DNA from: Deltaproteobacteria bacterium
GTDB taxonomy: Bacteria > Desulfobacterota > Syntrophia > Syntrophales > JACQWR01
NCBI GenBank assembly: GCA_026388415.1
Contig: JAPLJV010000043.1
Coordinates: forward strand, 8,478 to 72,477
Length of the DNA: 64,000 nucleotides
Direction of reading: 5' to 3'
Shown here: positions 62,919 through 64,000 of the stretch, in pieces
Layout of the letters: each line of letters opens with the position of its first letter
Position numbering within the stretch: the first letter of the stretch is position 1
The notes under the pieces: generated by a model
Told to the model about the DNA's origin: nothing
Seen by the model: only the letters and a program-made list of their open reading frames with translations
Databases searched by the model: none
Position numbers and translations under genes: made by a program

Positions 62919-64000
62919 ATACAGTGATCGCAACAGAAGAAAAACGGGAGTTAAGAGATATTCTGGCCTTCATTCACAGTGAATTGAAGCCCCAGGGGAA
63001 GCTCTTAACACCCTTCAATATAATCTCCGGCGCGATAATCATTCTGGGCGCTATCCTTGTTGTTTACCGGCTTGTCAATGGTCTGGGCGCCGTGACCAAT
63101 CTTTCCCAGGAATTCCCCTGGGGGATATGGATCGGATTTGATGTCATGGTAGGCGTCGCCTTTTCCGGGGGGGCATATGTTCTGACCTTTGTGGTCTATA
63201 TTCTGCAGGTGGAAAAATATCATTCCATCATCAGGGCCACCGTCTTAAACGGCCTCCTGGCCTATGTCTTTTATGGCGGCGCCGTCTTCCTTGATCTCGG
63301 TCGCTGGTGGAACATAGCAAACCCGTTCTATGGAAATGAATTCGGCGTTAATTCCGTGCTTTTCCTTTTTGCCTGGTACTTTTTGCTTTATACGATCACC
63401 GAGTTTGTCGAATTCTCCCCGACCATTGCCGAGTGGCTCGGCATGAGAAAACTCAGAAAGTTCCTTAGCTCGCTTACCGTAGCAGCAGCAGTCGTTGGCA
63501 TTGCCCTCTCCACACTGCATCAGGCAGGTATCGGGGCATTGTTCATGATGGCTAAAGGGAAGATCCATCCTATCTGGTACACGGAGTTCATCCCCGTTCT
63601 GTTCTTTGTTTCCAGCATCTTTGCGGGACTGTCCATGGTGATATTTGAAGGAACCATCAGCCATCGGGTCTTCAGCGATCAGATCGCCCATGAAGATCAT
63701 GCTGCTTATGATGATATCATCATCGGCTTAAGCAAGGGATGTGCGGTGGCCATGTTAGTTTACTTCTTTGCGCAAGTTCTCGTCTTCATTCATGGCTGGC
63801 ACTGGGCGCTCTTAAACACCCCCCTGGGCTACTGGTATCTTGTCGAGATCATTGGTCTCGTAGCGATCCCCTGCCTCATGTTTTTCCGGGGTGTTCGATA
63901 CAGAAACCTGCTTCTCATCCGGATAGCAGCCATCCTGGCGATGATCGGAATTATCATCAACCGGCTTAATATTTCCATCATCGCGTATAAATGGTGGATA
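62915..64000 (+). CDS. NrfD/HybB/DsrP-like polytopic membrane subunit (3' end outside the window)
   Basis: ATGA overlap with the upstream stop. Hand translation is open to the window end: MNTVIATEEKRELRDILAFIH...FPWGIWIGFDVMVGVAFSGGAYVLTF... Absent from the ORF track because no stop codon is reached. Confidence 0.85.
   Translation, partial: MNTVIATEEKRELRDILAFIHSELKPQGKLLTPFNIISGAIIILGAILVVYRLVNGLGAVTNLSQEFPWGIWIGFDVMVGVAFSGGAYVLTFVVYILQVEKYHSIIRATVLNGLLAYVFYGGAVFLDLGRWWNIANPFYGNEFGVNSVLFLFAWYFLLYTITEFVEFSPTIAEWLGMRKLRKFLSSLTVAAAVVGIALSTLHQAGIGALFMMAKGKIHPIWYTEFIPVLFFVSSIFAGLSMVIFEGTISHRVFSDQIAHEDHAAYDDIIIGLSKGCAVAMLVYFFAQVLVFIHGWHWALLNTPLGYWYLVEIIGLVAIPCLMFFRGVRYRNLLLIRIAAILAMIGIIINRLNISIIAYKWWI

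Noticed and set aside
1-64000. CRISPR arrays, rRNA genes, intact IS elements or transposases, and prophage structural genes.
   Set aside because: I saw no regularly spaced short direct repeats with unique spacers, no rRNA-like sequence, and no transposase- or capsid-like translations in any long ORF.

Overview
This is a 64-kb window from a GC-rich chromosome. The gene content suggests an anaerobic Desulfobacterota/deltaproteobacterium-like organism, but that is inference only. No searches were run, and all coordinates and alignments were derived by hand from the sequence and the ORF track.

Conserved backbone, in order:
- serS with co-oriented tRNA-Ser(UGA), tRNA-Ser(GCU) and tRNA-Arg(ACG)
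- murJ, yggU/yggT, a Sir2-type deacylase and rsmG
- a YqeB/YqeC/MocA-like selenium-dependent molybdenum-hydroxylase maturation trio
- tRNA-Glu(CUC), MltB, and a secreted S1 protease
- an 11-gene T2SS-like cluster (gspI-J-K-L-M-N-C, exeA-like, TPR/GspB-like, gspD, gspE) with no gspF/G/H/O in the window
- TPM/NTase/LemA
- an L-Ara4N lipid A modification set (arnT ... arnB, arnC, split arnA, arnD)
- a tightly packed 8-gene minus-strand operon (etfB-etfA-fixC-fixX, two-subunit B12 acyl-CoA mutase, hyuA-hyuB)
- uvrB, and a Tat-HybA/NrfD-type membrane redox module that runs off the 3' end

Accessory patches:
1. An ~8.5-kb decayed integrative island sits in tRNA-Glu. It is bounded by exact 49-bp direct repeats and contains a C-terminal tyrosine-recombinase remnant and GGACACA-type arm-like repeats at both ends. 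Its cargo includes a PaaK-like adenylating enzyme with an S51 peptidase, and a HigBA-like module.
2. A ~4.6-kb same-strand cassette islet lies between arnT and arnB. It holds an orphan HTH antitoxin, VapBC, an antitoxin/ParE pair, an AT-rich DUF2971-like fusion protein, MNT-HEPN and a DUF2442 remnant. The cassettes are punctuated by a repeated ~58-bp intergenic element.
3. An AT-rich flank left of the tRNA-Arg/Ser cluster carries DinJ-YafQ.

I saw no CRISPR array, no intact transposase or integrase, and no rRNA. No single obviously novel system can be proven from sequence alone. The best candidates for follow-up are the repeat-punctuated cassette islet, the PaaK-like/S51 pair, and the hyuAB-mutase-ETF/FixCX operon.
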